A stretch of DNA of 64,000 nucleotides from the NCBI GenBank assembly GCA_963691875.1, contig OY829846.1, positions 2,528,001 to 2,592,000 of the forward strand, written 5' to 3'. Position 1 is the stretch's first letter, and every line of letters begins with the position of its first letter. Source of the stretch: Aureliella sp. Lineage in GTDB: Bacteria > Planctomycetota > Planctomycetia > Pirellulales > Pirellulaceae. The position numbers and the translations under genes were made by a program. The notes under the pieces are model-generated. The model was not told the origin of the DNA and did no database searches. It saw nothing but the letters and a program-made list of their open reading frames with translations. Below are positions 44,332-54,777 of the stretch, piece after piece.

Positions 44332-45555
44332 ATGAAAACGGGTTTGATTTGCACGCTGGTTCTTTGCGTATCCGGCCTTGGAGGCACTGTAACTAAGGCG
44401 GCTGATATTTACGTGGACTGCAACGTAAGTAGCAGCACAAATGACGGTACCACTTGGTCGACAGCCTACAGCAATTTGGCGGACGCTGTTGCTGACGCCA
44501 ACAGCAATGGAGCGAATGACCACATTCGGATTCGCAGTGGCTTTTACCGCACACACATTACATTGCCGATCACGGAACCCTGCGTTCTCATTGGAGAGTC
44601 TGGGACAACGATCGGGGCGCCGATGAGGGCTCATGTCCTCTTTGAGGTGGAGTCTACCCAAGTCCATTTCAGGGACATTGTGTTTGATAGTGGCACCAGT
44701 TTCGTAAATGGATACGAGTCCGACCCCCGTTTACACCGTTGCCAGTTCCGAAACAGTTCCATGCAGGCGGTGAGTACCAGAGACTGTCCTCTTGTAGAGG
44801 TACATGACTGCCTGTTCGAGGGCAATCATGGTGGATTGTTCACAATTTTTTCTGATCGTATTGAAGTTTTGGACAGCCAGTTTTTGGGTAACTACACAGC
44901 CATTCATGCCGGTGCACTTTACGTCGATGATTGTCAATCTTTGATGATTGCGCGCTGCCTGTTTCAGTCTAATATTGCCGCACAACAAGGTGGAGCGATT
45001 TTTATTAACCGGGTTTATCCAGGCTGGAAACAATCGGCGAACCTTGTCAATTGTGTCCTTCGAAATAATGAGGCAACTTCCGGCGGTGGAATCTATTGCC
45101 TTAATTGTCGTCTTCGCGTCTTCAACTGCACCATCATTAACAATCTTGCACACCACGAAACTGGAGGTATCAAAAGTCTCCGATATGGCGAGGTAGCTTT
45201 TGAGAATTCGATTCTCTGGGGAAATCGAGACACTATCTCAGGTTCGCTTATGCTTCAACAGTTCAATAACCTTCCCTCGCGGCTCGTCCATTGTTGCATT
45301 GAGGATCCGTCGGGGTTTACGTCAGTCTGGGGACGAGGTGTAATCAACAGAAACCCGAGAATGATGTTGGGTGGCCAGTTGCAAACCAGATCCCCCTGTA
45401 TCGACACTGGTGATTTTCTCTACTACCCATCCGCGTTGTTAGACAATCCAGGCGAGGACATTTTCGGCAATGCCCGGCTGGTCGGACGAGAAATTGATAT
45501 GGGGGCTTTCGAAAATAGCCTAGTAGACTACCCAATTATGGAGACTTCTTGGTAG
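44332..45555 (+). CDS. Secreted right-handed parallel beta-helix protein with choice-of-anchor Q-type C-terminus
   Basis: Signal peptide, IYVD...NDGTTWSTAY, repeated FxxNxA..GGAI/GGGI motifs, NSILWGN, SPCIDTG...DIFGNARLVGREIDMGAFE. Confidence 0.85.
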   Translation: MKTGLICTLVLCVSGLGGTVTKAADIYVDCNVSSSTNDGTTWSTAYSNLADAVADANSNGANDHIRIRSGFYRTHITLPITEPCVLIGESGTTIGAPMRAHVLFEVESTQVHFRDIVFDSGTSFVNGYESDPRLHRCQFRNSSMQAVSTRDCPLVEVHDCLFEGNHGGLFTIFSDRIEVLDSQFLGNYTAIHAGALYVDDCQSLMIARCLFQSNIAAQQGGAIFINRVYPGWKQSANLVNCVLRNNEATSGGGIYCLNCRLRVFNCTIINNLAHHETGGIKSLRYGEVAFENSILWGNRDTISGSLMLQQFNNLPSRLVHCCIEDPSGFTSVWGRGVINRNPRMMLGGQLQTRSPCIDTGDFLYYPSALLDNPGEDIFGNARLVGREIDMGAFENSLVDYPIMETSW

Positions 45556-45642
45556 TCATGATGGAAATGGGTAACGAAGCTTAAGCACACCACTCTACAG
45601 ATGCTACAAATTGTTAAACCTATAAATACATGAAACAGCCAA

Positions 45643-45689
45643 AGCCGCAAAAGACAGCTCTAGCGTAGCGAAAGTAGTCTTATGCGGCT
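45643..45689 (+). terminator. Imperfect hairpin downstream of the beta-helix gene
   Basis: AGCCGCAAAAGAC ... GTCTTATGCGGCT followed by CTTGCGTTT. Confidence 0.35.
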
Positions 45690-45720
45690 CTTGCGTTTCG
45701 TCTACCGGAGCCCGCCGGAG

Positions 45721-45860
45721 TGCTCCCCCAAAACAGACATGCGTGCTATCCGAAGGGCCTTACAAGGAGTCCCTGGATGACCAGAAGGCGAAAACGACGA
45801 AAGACCGAGCAGATCGTAAATCTACTTAGGAAAGGCATGCGATCGCTTGCTACTGCCGTC
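45721..45860 (+). mobile_element. IS3-family left end and orfA N-terminal fragment
   Basis: AAGGAG then MTRRRKRRKTEQIVNLLRKG (IS3 orfA-like start). The TGCTCCCCCA end resembles the TGACTCCCCCA end at 52445. Confidence 0.55.
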
Positions 45861-46159
45861 GAGCCACCTAGGGAGGGGTATAGCTCAAACTCCATCCTCG
45901 CCCTTGTTGCAGTTCAGAAATCAAGAAGAAACTTGATTGCGTCACAGCCTGAACACTTTGGCACTGAATCCTACAATTCGTGCCTTGGCACTCGCTCTTT
46001 TAAAATGCTCGTTGGGTATATTACAGATAACTACCAGAGCAACTGAGTGGCCAAAAGAACCGTCGGGCAACAGCGCTGAGACCGCATTTTGCAGAACGGC
46101 AGACTTGGGGACCAAACACCGCAACTTGCGAGAAGATAGCAGGTGGATTCGCTTCGATC

Positions 46160-48304
46160 ATGAAGCGAATTGAGTTTACGCATTGGAAAAAGTCAATGGC
46201 GGTATCGAACGAACATGAGCACGAACATGAGCTGAAACGGCTTGCGTCTGAACTAGCAATACAGGCGTGGGCCGAGGGTGGAGCGACTGATCCCTCGATC
46301 CAAGCGAAGTTGCTTGAGAAGTACCCACACATCACCGAACAACTCAGGCTTGAATTCAAGCGCCTCGCATTCATCGAACTAGCATTCCATGATGAACCAG
46401 CCCAGAGCACAGTAAATTTCCTGACAACTCGATCTGCGGCTCACGTAAAGGGCAGCAATCCTCCATTTGATTGGACATGGAGATGCCAACGTTGCGAAAT
46501 TACGCTCCGTGACTTCGGTGCCGAAGATCCTTCCAGCAGCAGTGAACGCGTCTGCCCGAAATCTGGCGAGGAATTGCTTCGCGTTCAACAGGCGGATGCT
46601 TCTGCAAGCGGTGACATGATTGATCATTATCGCTTAGAACGCGTACTAGGAGCGGGCGGATTCGGTACCGTTTGGCTAGCCTTTGACGAAGAGCTAGTTC
46701 GGCCGGTTGCGTTGAAAATACCTAAACGCGGTCGCTTGGATGCGGGCTCTCGTAAGACATTTTTGCGCGAAGCCCAAATCGCGGCATCTGTCCGACATCC
46801 AATGGTTGTCACGGTCTACGACGTAGGGATCTACCGAGATGAAGTCTATATTTGCAGCGAGTACATCGAGGGTTCAACACTCGCACAAAGCCAAACCGAG
46901 AACGCAAATCAACCGGAAGCCGCCTGCCGATTAGTTTCGCAATTATGTGAACCGCTACAGGCATTGCACGAGGCGGGGATCATCCACCGCGATCTCAAGC
47001 CGAGCAACATTCTCATCGATCGGAGTGGGGTAGGACGATTGACAGACTTTGGCCTCGCAAAGTCCTTAGTAGGAAAAACGACAAACACTCTCACCGGACA
47101 AGTACTTGGAACACCTGCGTATATGGCGCCCGAAATCGTTGCGGGCGATTCCAAGCATGCGGATCCGCGAACAGACATCTACTCCATTGGTGTTGTGTTT
47201 TACGAATTGCTCTCTACCTGCGTGCCATTTCAAGGCTCATGGAGCGAGCTAGAGTCGGCTATCCTTCATGATCAACCGCCAAAGCTCGAGTCGTTTGCCC
47301 CCCCCGGGGACATTCCCCGAGACCTAGAACGGGTTTGCTTGAAGTGCCTTGAAAAGAACCCTAAGGATCGGTATCAATCGGTCGATCTGCTTGTTGCTGA
47401 TTTGAAGCGTTTTCTGGACGGCTTACCCGTCCATGCGAAACCGAAACCGTTGCCGCTTCGTATCTACCGGCAAATCGAAAAGCGTCCAGCTTTGTCGGTC
47501 GCAATCGCATTGGCGATGGTGTCTTGCGTGACGATCCCTTACCTATTCGGAACGATCCTCGGGATCACTCAAGACAACCGCGAGTTAGAAAATGCTAATA
47601 ATGCCGCTGAGGCCACCATCGCAGAACTCGAGCTACAAACCGAATATGTAGATAGGCAAGCCGCCATCGAAAGCATGGTAAGGGAGGCAGAGGCACTGGC
47701 TGATACGCGCCCACAGGCAGCACTGGAAATGGCGATCGATGTCGCTAAGAGAGTGTCGGCTGAACATTCACCTTACCTACCAGAGGACCGAATAGCGAGA
47801 GAAAGTCAGGCCTATCAGTTGCTGGTCGATCTCGCAATTCGCAACGTGGGGGTCCAACCAGGCTTGCCAGTTGGTGTGGCGACACAGATTCAGTTGATGG
47901 CCCCCAATCGGCTTTTGATTCGCAATAAAGTCACTGCTACTGAAAAGAGGAGTAAATTCGATCCCGATCAACCTCAGGTGGACGAATGCTTCACGGTTTG
48001 GTTGCCTAACCGTGTCACGCAACCACCAAACAACCAAATTGGGAAATTGAGAGAGGTCAACTATCCGGATGTGCAACCGCGGGACAGGTTTCTGGTGAAT
48101 CTTTCAGCAATTGTCCATAACAAACACGGGGAATTGTCGCCAAGCTATTCGAGTTCAACTGCAAACAATAGCCCCAACACCGCCGCTAATCAGCTGGAGA
48201 ATTACTCAGTCGCAAGTCCCGGAACGATGACCTGCTACTGGAAGGGCCTACCGGCAAAAGATTGTGTCGTGTCAAAAGATGGAAGAATTGTGATCTCGCT
48301 TTAG
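46160..48304 (+). CDS. Hanks-type serine/threonine protein kinase with transmembrane helix, probably C-terminally truncated
   Basis: LGAGGFGTVW, VALKIP, IIHRDLKPSNIL, DFGLAK, GTPAYMAPE, DIYSIG, CLKCLEKNPKDRY; TM helix and coiled coil follow. Start may be 46196. Confidence 0.92.
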   Translation: MKRIEFTHWKKSMAVSNEHEHEHELKRLASELAIQAWAEGGATDPSIQAKLLEKYPHITEQLRLEFKRLAFIELAFHDEPAQSTVNFLTTRSAAHVKGSNPPFDWTWRCQRCEITLRDFGAEDPSSSSERVCPKSGEELLRVQQADASASGDMIDHYRLERVLGAGGFGTVWLAFDEELVRPVALKIPKRGRLDAGSRKTFLREAQIAASVRHPMVVTVYDVGIYRDEVYICSEYIEGSTLAQSQTENANQPEAACRLVSQLCEPLQALHEAGIIHRDLKPSNILIDRSGVGRLTDFGLAKSLVGKTTNTLTGQVLGTPAYMAPEIVAGDSKHADPRTDIYSIGVVFYELLSTCVPFQGSWSELESAILHDQPPKLESFAPPGDIPRDLERVCLKCLEKNPKDRYQSVDLLVADLKRFLDGLPVHAKPKPLPLRIYRQIEKRPALSVAIALAMVSCVTIPYLFGTILGITQDNRELENANNAAEATIAELELQTEYVDRQAAIESMVREAEALADTRPQAALEMAIDVAKRVSAEHSPYLPEDRIARESQAYQLLVDLAIRNVGVQPGLPVGVATQIQLMAPNRLLIRNKVTATEKRSKFDPDQPQVDECFTVWLPNRVTQPPNNQIGKLREVNYPDVQPRDRFLVNLSAIVHNKHGELSPSYSSSTANNSPNTAANQLENYSVASPGTMTCYWKGLPAKDCVVSKDGRIVISL

Positions 48305-48691
48305 CAGCGTGAAAGCAGCGTTCAGCTCGAATATCCTCCTCAATTGACCGCCCCGTCAACTCAATCCATGCATCAAGGATGCTGTTCTGCCTAGCGGCAA
48401 CTTCTCGACAGAAGATATCCGAGGCAGCGTTAGATGCCCAATGCCGCCCGCAAGCACACGGCTTCTGCTTGAGACCGGGAAAGGAATTGTCGTGCTGGCG
48501 ATTTAATGGGCCGAGGTCCAGGTTTCTGCGATGCTGAGAGCAATCTCTGCCTCCGGAAAGATAATTCTAGTTTTTCGCGCCTGTCGCTTATCTGCCCTGT
48601 CGCTCTCCTCTCAGACGGAAACCAATCCTCCATCACGTCGATGGGGGTGGATCACCAGTGATGTTTCCGACCAATAAAAAGCAGGGAAAAA

Positions 48692-49513
48692 ATGATGAGA
48701 ACGAGATTCCTTTTCCACAGCATTGTCAGCGCAAGTTTGCTATTTGGTCTGATGCAGGGAACTGGCTTTTGCCAAATGGGTACACCTGCGGATGATGGGT
48801 GCACTGACGTCGACGAAGTCATCGTGTGTGAGGGTGAGGCCGGAGATACCACTTTAGAATGTGACGATGGCGGTGAGGTACGAATTGGTTCCGATGGTAA
48901 AAAGCGGCTGTTCCCAGGAGGAAAAGTTCTTAGGCCGGTGGTGCCATCGACTCCGAGTCCATGTCCTAATCCAAGTCCTGCTCCGACACCAGGACCGACC
49001 TCGGGTCCCAGTACAAACCCGACCTCGGGTCCCAGTTCGAACCCGACCTCGGGTGCCGGTGCGTGGGGAGCGGACGCAGGTGATACGATTGGAGTTTATG
49101 TGGCTGAAGGATTGAACGCTTCTGGTGGACTCACTTTTGTGGTAATTCTCAACGACCAGCAAAATCCACATGATTCTCCCGCCCCGGACGCTGGCGAGAA
49201 AGAGTTTACTTACGATCCTCAAAGCGATGGCTGCTCAGAAATCGAGTGGGTTTATCTAATGCTGCTCGAAATGGGACTGACTGAGCAAGAGGCGATATCG
49301 CTCTTTATTAGCACGACAGATTTTGGAGACGACGCTTGCGATTGCTACCTTGAAATGGGGTGGACTTACCTGATGATGCTCGAAACGGGACTGAATGAGC
49401 ATGAGGCGATGTCGATTCTTGTTGGCCAGGAAAAGGCTGAGGACGAGGATCCGAGTCCAACCAGAATCAAGAAACCTGTGCCCGGTCCACTTATCACAAG
49501 TTTCGATGATTGA
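48692..49513 (+). CDS. Hypothetical secreted acidic protein with Pro/Ser/Thr linker and internal duplication
   Basis: Signal peptide, Cys/Asp-rich N-terminus, PTSGPSTN repeats, duplicated C..E..W.YLM.LE.GL.E.EA.S motif. Confidence 0.7.
   Translation: MMRTRFLFHSIVSASLLFGLMQGTGFCQMGTPADDGCTDVDEVIVCEGEAGDTTLECDDGGEVRIGSDGKKRLFPGGKVLRPVVPSTPSPCPNPSPAPTPGPTSGPSTNPTSGPSSNPTSGAGAWGADAGDTIGVYVAEGLNASGGLTFVVILNDQQNPHDSPAPDAGEKEFTYDPQSDGCSEIEWVYLMLLEMGLTEQEAISLFISTTDFGDDACDCYLEMGWTYLMMLETGLNEHEAMSILVGQEKAEDEDPSPTRIKKPVPGPLITSFDD
48995..49057 (+). repeat. 24-bp tandem repeat, about 2.6 copies
   Basis: CCGACCTCGGGTCCCAGTACAAAC / CCGACCTCGGGTCCCAGTTCGAAC / CCGACCTCGGGTGCC. Confidence 0.9.
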
Positions 49514-49640
49514 ATCGAGTCTCTTGCCGTTACCTCGAATCTCTAGAGCTGTGCGACAGGCCGGAAAGCCCCGGCCTCTCGCCTCGCACCTGGCAAAATA
49601 CCCACCGCACCAGACTCGAAGTGAAATAACGAAGGGGCAG

Positions 49641-49875
49641 GGTGATAGCCCAGAACTGGCGAACTCACGAATTGTGGTTTTATACAGCTAGTGCATTCTG
49701 GTGTATTGCTTCGAACTCGTTTATTTTTGTAGTCGAGATTCCGGTGAATCCTCTGTAAGCTTGAAACTACTAGATATACCGGAGTATGCTCGATCCTGCT
49801 TCATGCATATCGGAATACGTCTCATAGTTTTTCCATTCGTGCTTCAGCGACCAGAAGAATCGATCCATGACCTCG
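49641..49875 (-). mobile_element. IS3-family integrase C-terminal remnant with right end
   Basis: MDRFFWSLKHEWKNYETYSDMHEAGSSILRYI*...NEFEAIHQNALAV*, followed by an IR-like CAGTTCTGGGCTATCAC. Confidence 0.7.
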
Positions 49876-50310
49876 CTGCCTTGAAAGTCGGCCGTAAACT
49901 TACCAGCGATGACTTGGTCGACCTGTTTACAATCCGTGGCATCCACGCGTTTATTCGTAGTCATACGGAGCCGTAGTTCATCGCACCCGAGTGCGCAGCT
50001 TCCCCAACGCGGTAGACGTGGGCACCTCCTCCATTGAATCAGGCAGCCCTTGGCACAATGGCTGCCCAGAGCTTAAAGAGCAAGCTCCGCGACGAGAGCC
50101 TGGGTGGTACAGAGTTTACAAACGTGCAGGAAGCACGCGTCCTGAACGAGCATTGGAGGCAGACTTCCATCCATCCACGGCCCCACAGTTCGCTCGATGG
50201 ACTTTCGCCGGCCGCATTCGCGTTTCCGAAAAAGGACACTCCAGCTCCACAGGCCTGGAACTGAAGACTATGTTTTTGCAGTCTCAAATCCAACCCCATA
50301 ATTCTCAGTT
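49875..50310 (+). mobile_element. Second IS3-family integrase remnant, opposite orientation
   Basis: ALKVGRKLTSDDLVDLFTIRGIHAFIRSHTEP*FIA...SKLRDESLGGTEFTNVQEARVLNEHWRQ...RPHSSLDGLSPAAFA; contains stops and frameshifts. Confidence 0.8.
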
Positions 50311-50512
50311 TGAGATGTCCGTACTTCAGACATCCGGATTCGCCCGCGTTTTTGACTGAAAATCAGCACTCAGTTTTGGCATGGCACTTGCAGAATACAA
50401 CCGTGCAGAGCAGCACGGGTGTTCAGAGTAGTAGGTTCCTTGGTTGCATAATCACTCGGAACTTGCGAATCCCCACTTCCCTTTGACTAATTTCCATAAG
50501 AGAAGACTTACC

Positions 50513-51544
50513 ATGATGAAGAAACACAACAGAGTGCTTATGAGTTTTATGCTCGTTTTTTTGATTTCGGGATTGGCATCCGTTTCAGCGGCGGAAGGCG
50601 GATTCTGGAGAGTGACGGGGAATCTGGTCAACGTGAACAACGGAGTCACTGGATTGAATGGGCCATCATGCCCCATGGCAAACGTAAGATTGCGATTTAA
50701 GAGCCGTTGGCTTGGTGGAACGGGAGTTGGCTTGAACGGCCCGGTTACGCCTTTTCCCTGGGGAACATCATGGGGCACGGCAACCACCGACTCAAATGGA
50801 TGGTTTTCTGAAACCAGTTCTTTTTTTGCGGATTCATCTCGAGGCCGCGATATTCTAGTTGAAGCCCGAGTACGTGGTGACAACTCACAGTTCGAATGGA
50901 AACCGGTAACGATCGTTAGGGGGCTCAGTGCTTCGACTCCCCATCAGGTGACAGGCAATATTCATACTTTTAATCTTGGTGAGGTTGAGACTGACTTGTT
51001 TGAATGTCCGACTGATTTGGTTCCGGCTCCTCAACCGGAACGCAAGCCGAAGATTGCGAAGGTTCCGAATGACAAGCCGAATGACATTGAGGCAAAGATA
51101 AAGCCAATTCCGTGTGGCTGGAGCACCAATGGAAAACCCGGGATCGATCTCGCTTTTACCAGTGTTGTTGTTCGCCACCGTGATAACCAGCCTAATTCCC
51201 CGCCGGAGCGTATTACGTGGGAAGTGGTGGTTCGCAACAATGGGCCCATGGAATACAAGGGATCGGGTAAATGCAAGACGAGTGTCCGCATGACCGTATT
51301 CATCTCCGAGTTGGGAAAAGAACGCGAGTATCATTTGACATTGAACAAGCCAATTGCAGCCGGTTCCGAGAAAACGTTTACCTCAAATTCTGGTAATCTT
51401 GGCGAAACTTCGGAAGCCGAGTCCGACTCTTACCCAATTCTGTTTGAGATTGATCCCGAAAATGAGATTAGCGAAACGGATGAGGGCAATAACCAATTAA
51501 GTGGTACTTACTCGCCTGCAACCGAGACTTTTTCTGCGCAATAG
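50513..51544 (+). CDS. Secreted protein with C-terminal CARDB-like Ig domain
   Basis: Signal peptide MMKKHNR...VSA; DLAFTSV...VVRNNG...IDPENEISETDEGNN. Confidence 0.75.
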   Translation: MMKKHNRVLMSFMLVFLISGLASVSAAEGGFWRVTGNLVNVNNGVTGLNGPSCPMANVRLRFKSRWLGGTGVGLNGPVTPFPWGTSWGTATTDSNGWFSETSSFFADSSRGRDILVEARVRGDNSQFEWKPVTIVRGLSASTPHQVTGNIHTFNLGEVETDLFECPTDLVPAPQPERKPKIAKVPNDKPNDIEAKIKPIPCGWSTNGKPGIDLAFTSVVVRHRDNQPNSPPERITWEVVVRNNGPMEYKGSGKCKTSVRMTVFISELGKEREYHLTLNKPIAAGSEKTFTSNSGNLGETSEAESDSYPILFEIDPENEISETDEGNNQLSGTYSPATETFSAQ

Positions 51545-51657
51545 CACGAGAAGAACCGGTGCATCCACTCGCTAAAACCAAGGCGTCATAGGATCGCGCG
51601 ATCGCTTGAAATTACAGCAAGAATTTTTCACATGGCACTTCGCATCAGAATTGAACA

Positions 51658-52098
51658 ATGAAAACACACGGTTTTACCCTTATCGTTTCAGTTTCCGCAT
51701 GTCTTTTGCTCGTGGGATGTGGAGGCGTTGTTGAGCAGGATTCAGGTCAGCGAAATGACAAGAAAGAAAACATGGACAAGGAAAAAAAAGGGGGGGCACT
51801 TTATACGCGCCTTGCCAATGATCAGCTAAAAATCCTTATCTCCGGCTGTAAAAAATATCACTACAACACTGGTCAACACGTCAGCAAGCTTGCTGATTTC
51901 AAGTCGCCTCCAGAGGGTATGTCTGAAAAAGAGTGGAAAGGGCCCTATCTTGGCAAGATCCTGGCAGACCCATGGGGAAATGAAATGATAGTGGAATCCA
52001 ACGAGGAAACAGTGGTGGTTCTAAGTTGTGGCCCCAATGGGTTAAAAGGTGACTCGGATGACCTGACCATTGAGTGGTCAAACTCGTCAGGCAAGTAA
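51658..52098 (+). CDS. GspG (T2SS major pseudopilin) globular-domain protein with lipoprotein-type signal
   Basis: WKGPYL, DPWGNE, SCGPNGLKGDSDDL (GspG C-terminal motifs); N-terminus HGFTLIV...LLLVGC. Confidence 0.75.
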   Translation: MKTHGFTLIVSVSACLLLVGCGGVVEQDSGQRNDKKENMDKEKKGGALYTRLANDQLKILISGCKKYHYNTGQHVSKLADFKSPPEGMSEKEWKGPYLGKILADPWGNEMIVESNEETVVVLSCGPNGLKGDSDDLTIEWSNSSGK

Positions 52099-52444
52099 TT
52101 TCAACAAAGAATAAAGCCGATCTTTTGCCAAATCAACGACTTAGCCGCCCGATTTTATTTTCACATCAATCCGTGCCGATTGCTGAAGTAACTGCGGGAG
52201 AAAGAAATTCGGGATTCTGTTCGAGATAAGGGGATAGTGGATTGTATTCCGACGAGATGGAGCCAGGGTATTGGCCCCTGGTTGCTGTACAACAAGTTGT
52301 CACGCGATGCGAATCACAGATAACTCCTTGCATTTCTCAGGTGCAGCGAAATTCAAAATATGATGAGGTCGCCAGGAATAGTATCAATCGCTCCACTTGG
52401 TGATGACATTACGCGCCTCGTCAAGTGTTTGGATGCGGTGTTGT

Positions 52445-52580
52445 TGACTCCCCCAGTCTCTGCACCAGGTTGTATCAGAGAATTGGGGTTTGGTAATTCA
52501 ACATACAATGGATGCGGTGATGGTTGTAGTCCAGTCCCCAGCGGTCAATCGCCCAGCAAGCTTCCTCGAAGCTCAGGATG
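52445..52580 (-). mobile_element. IS3-family right end remnant
   Basis: SFEEACWAIDRWGLDYNHHRIHCMLNYQTP then CTGGTGCAGAGACTGGGGGAGTCA, an IR-like end terminating in CA. Confidence 0.7.
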
Positions 52581-52593
52581 ATTTCATGCTTAG

Positions 52594-53121
52594 CTACAAA
52601 AACGCGCCAGCCGCGCCGAGGGACATAAAAGTCCAATTTGCTGTCCAGCCGAGCCAGGATCCCAAGTGATAAGCAAGAATAGAAATTGAGAAATCTCGCC
52701 TCTTGATGCGGCGCACATTAAGAACCAGTAAAAAGATCCCGTACGGAAGTCCACCGATAGCCAGGAGAGCGCATAAGACTGCCAGATCATCATCGAACAT
52801 GCGCTCATCACGAACTAATACAATCAGGGCCTCAAAAATAATAATAGAAACGTTCATCCCAGTCGGAAACCAGACGTCATACGACTTAGGAGCCCGTAAG
52901 AGACTCAAAACGAAACACACTACCACGGTGTAAAGACTGAAACTTAAGACTTGAGGAATCGGGTCAATGCTGCTGTTTGTTTCTGATACCGTTACGACGG
53001 TGAGGGCACCAGCAGCAACGGCGGTCCACAACAGCATCTTTCCAATGGAAAATTGGGGCTGGCGCTCCTCGTATCCCGGCGGTGTCGTGGACGTTTCTAG
53101 ATTGTCTCGGGAGTCTTTCAT
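52594..53121 (-). CDS. Hypothetical membrane protein
   Basis: Planctomycete-style QFSIGKMLLWTAVAA leader and about five hydrophobic segments; likely start MKDSR. Confidence 0.65.
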   Translation of the reverse strand: MKDSRDNLETSTTPPGYEERQPQFSIGKMLLWTAVAAGALTVVTVSETNSSIDPIPQVLSFSLYTVVVCFVLSLLRAPKSYDVWFPTGMNVSIIIFEALIVLVRDERMFDDDLAVLCALLAIGGLPYGIFLLVLNVRRIKRRDFSISILAYHLGSWLGWTANWTFMSLGAAGAFL

Positions 53122-53267
53122 GGTTTTACATTTAACAGTAGTGTAGCTGCTGGAAGTGCCCAAGAATCGCAGGCGTTTAACAAAGATGTATGATTCGCGT
53201 GAGGAGCTTACCCGATGGCAAAACGCATCTCTGTAACGGATTAAATCGTGCGCACAGAGATTTGAAA

Positions 53268-54688
53268 GGTGGTCCTTGAACTGTCAGGAAATGTTTTGCG
53301 AACGAAACCTAGCACCACAGGGAACCACCGATGGCTAGTTTACCAGAGTAATTGGCGAAGACCGGCGTGATCAAGATCGACGAGCGTCAGCTTTGAAGTC
53401 ATGTAGACAAAGTGGTACGGAGCCCCTTAGAGGAGACTTTGAATAGTCTATTTGAAGCTGAAGCGGATCAGCTGAATGGAGCGAAGAAGAATGAGCGAGC
53501 AGCGGACCGCGTTGATACGCGAGCAGGTAGCTACACTCGGAAGCTTCAGACGAAAATCGAAGAAGTGAAGTTGAAAGTCCCACGGCTTCGGAAGCTGCCA
53601 GTGGACACGCAGATTATCGAGTGTTACAAGCGACGCGAAACGAGCGTTGAGGAGGCATTAGTCGAGATACATCTCGAAGGTATTTCGGCTCGTCGTGTTG
53701 AGGATATCACCGAAGATCTTTTTGGGGTTTTGAGTGCGCGCGAGTACCGTTAGCGAACTGAACCAGAAGATCTACAAGCGGATCGAACACTTGCATAACC
53801 GCCGACCGAATAAATACACCTTAGTGCACCCAGACGGCAGCTAGGCCGCAGCGTTAAAAAAGTCTCGTTGTAAGTTGCGATCGGTGTAAATTCAGACGAT
53901 TTCCGTGAGATCACCGGCGTTTGCGAAGAGCTTAAGGAGGATAAAGAAAGCTGGTGCAAGTTCCTTCCCCACTTGAAGGAGCGTGGGCTAGATGGAGTCG
54001 AGTTGGCTCTATCCGACGAGAGCTTGGGACTAGTGGAATCGTTGCCGGACTTTTCCCGAAGGCATAGTGGCAGCGTTGCGTTACCCACTGGTATCGAAAC
54101 GTACTTAGCGACGTTCCAAAACGCTTGACGGAGGACGTAGTCGCGATGCTTAAAGCGATTCACACTCAAGTAGACCGGGCCGCAGCAGACCAGAAAGTTG
54201 CAGTGGTCGTTGGAAAACCTCGCAGCATGAAGTTGGAGAAAGCAGCCAGCTGCGTCGAAGAGGGAGCATCACAAACGTTGAGCTACATTCTCTTCCCGCG
54301 AGCCCATTGGACGCGTATCCGCACGAAAAACACCTTGGAACCTATCATGAGAGAGCCGCAGGCGGACCCGCGTAGTTGGTGCGTTCCCTGAAGGCAACTC
54401 TGCAATGATGTTGGTTGCAGCTCCGCTGCGACACATCGTCGAAACGAAGTGGTGTTACCGGACTTACCTCGTCATGAACCGCCTAAAAGAAGAACGGATG
54501 ATTGAGAAAGCGGCAAGCTAACCTCAGCTCGGGCTCGAGAAAAGAGGGCCCTCTATCCCGCCTTAGCCATCGATTCGACCTGGTAAACCATGAAGGCCGA
54601 TGAGATGGCGATGGCGAAAGGGGCTTATCGAAAGCAGTTCAAGGACAAACCATCAAAATTGAATGTACGCAACTTGACGGACACGACC
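53268..54688 (+). mobile_element. IS256-family element with inactivated transposase
   Basis: Fragments across frames: EETLNSLFEAEAD...DTRAGSYTRKLQTK...VPRLR...RRETSVEEAL...GISARRVEDITE; WQRC..HWYRNV; AMLKAIH; FPRAHWTRIRTKNTLE; RVVGAFPEGNSAMMLVAA. Multiple stops and frameshifts; right end ...TTGACGGACACGACC; left end approximate. Confidence 0.88.
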
Positions 54689-54777
54689 GGCGATGTGGCT
54701 GGGAGGGGTGAGTGAGTACCGCGATTTTGAGTCTTGTGACAAAACTTAGCCACGAAGCTTTCGATTCATGAGCCCAA

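Noticed and set aside
48995..49057. 24-bp repeats as a mini-CRISPR
   Set aside because: Directly tandem with no unique spacers; they encode a Pro/Ser/Thr linker.
45721..50310. Composite transposon formed by the IS3 left end at 45721 and the orfB remnant at 49875-50310
   Set aside because: Orientation is compatible, but I found no matching right IR or target-site duplication, so the pieces may come from different elements.
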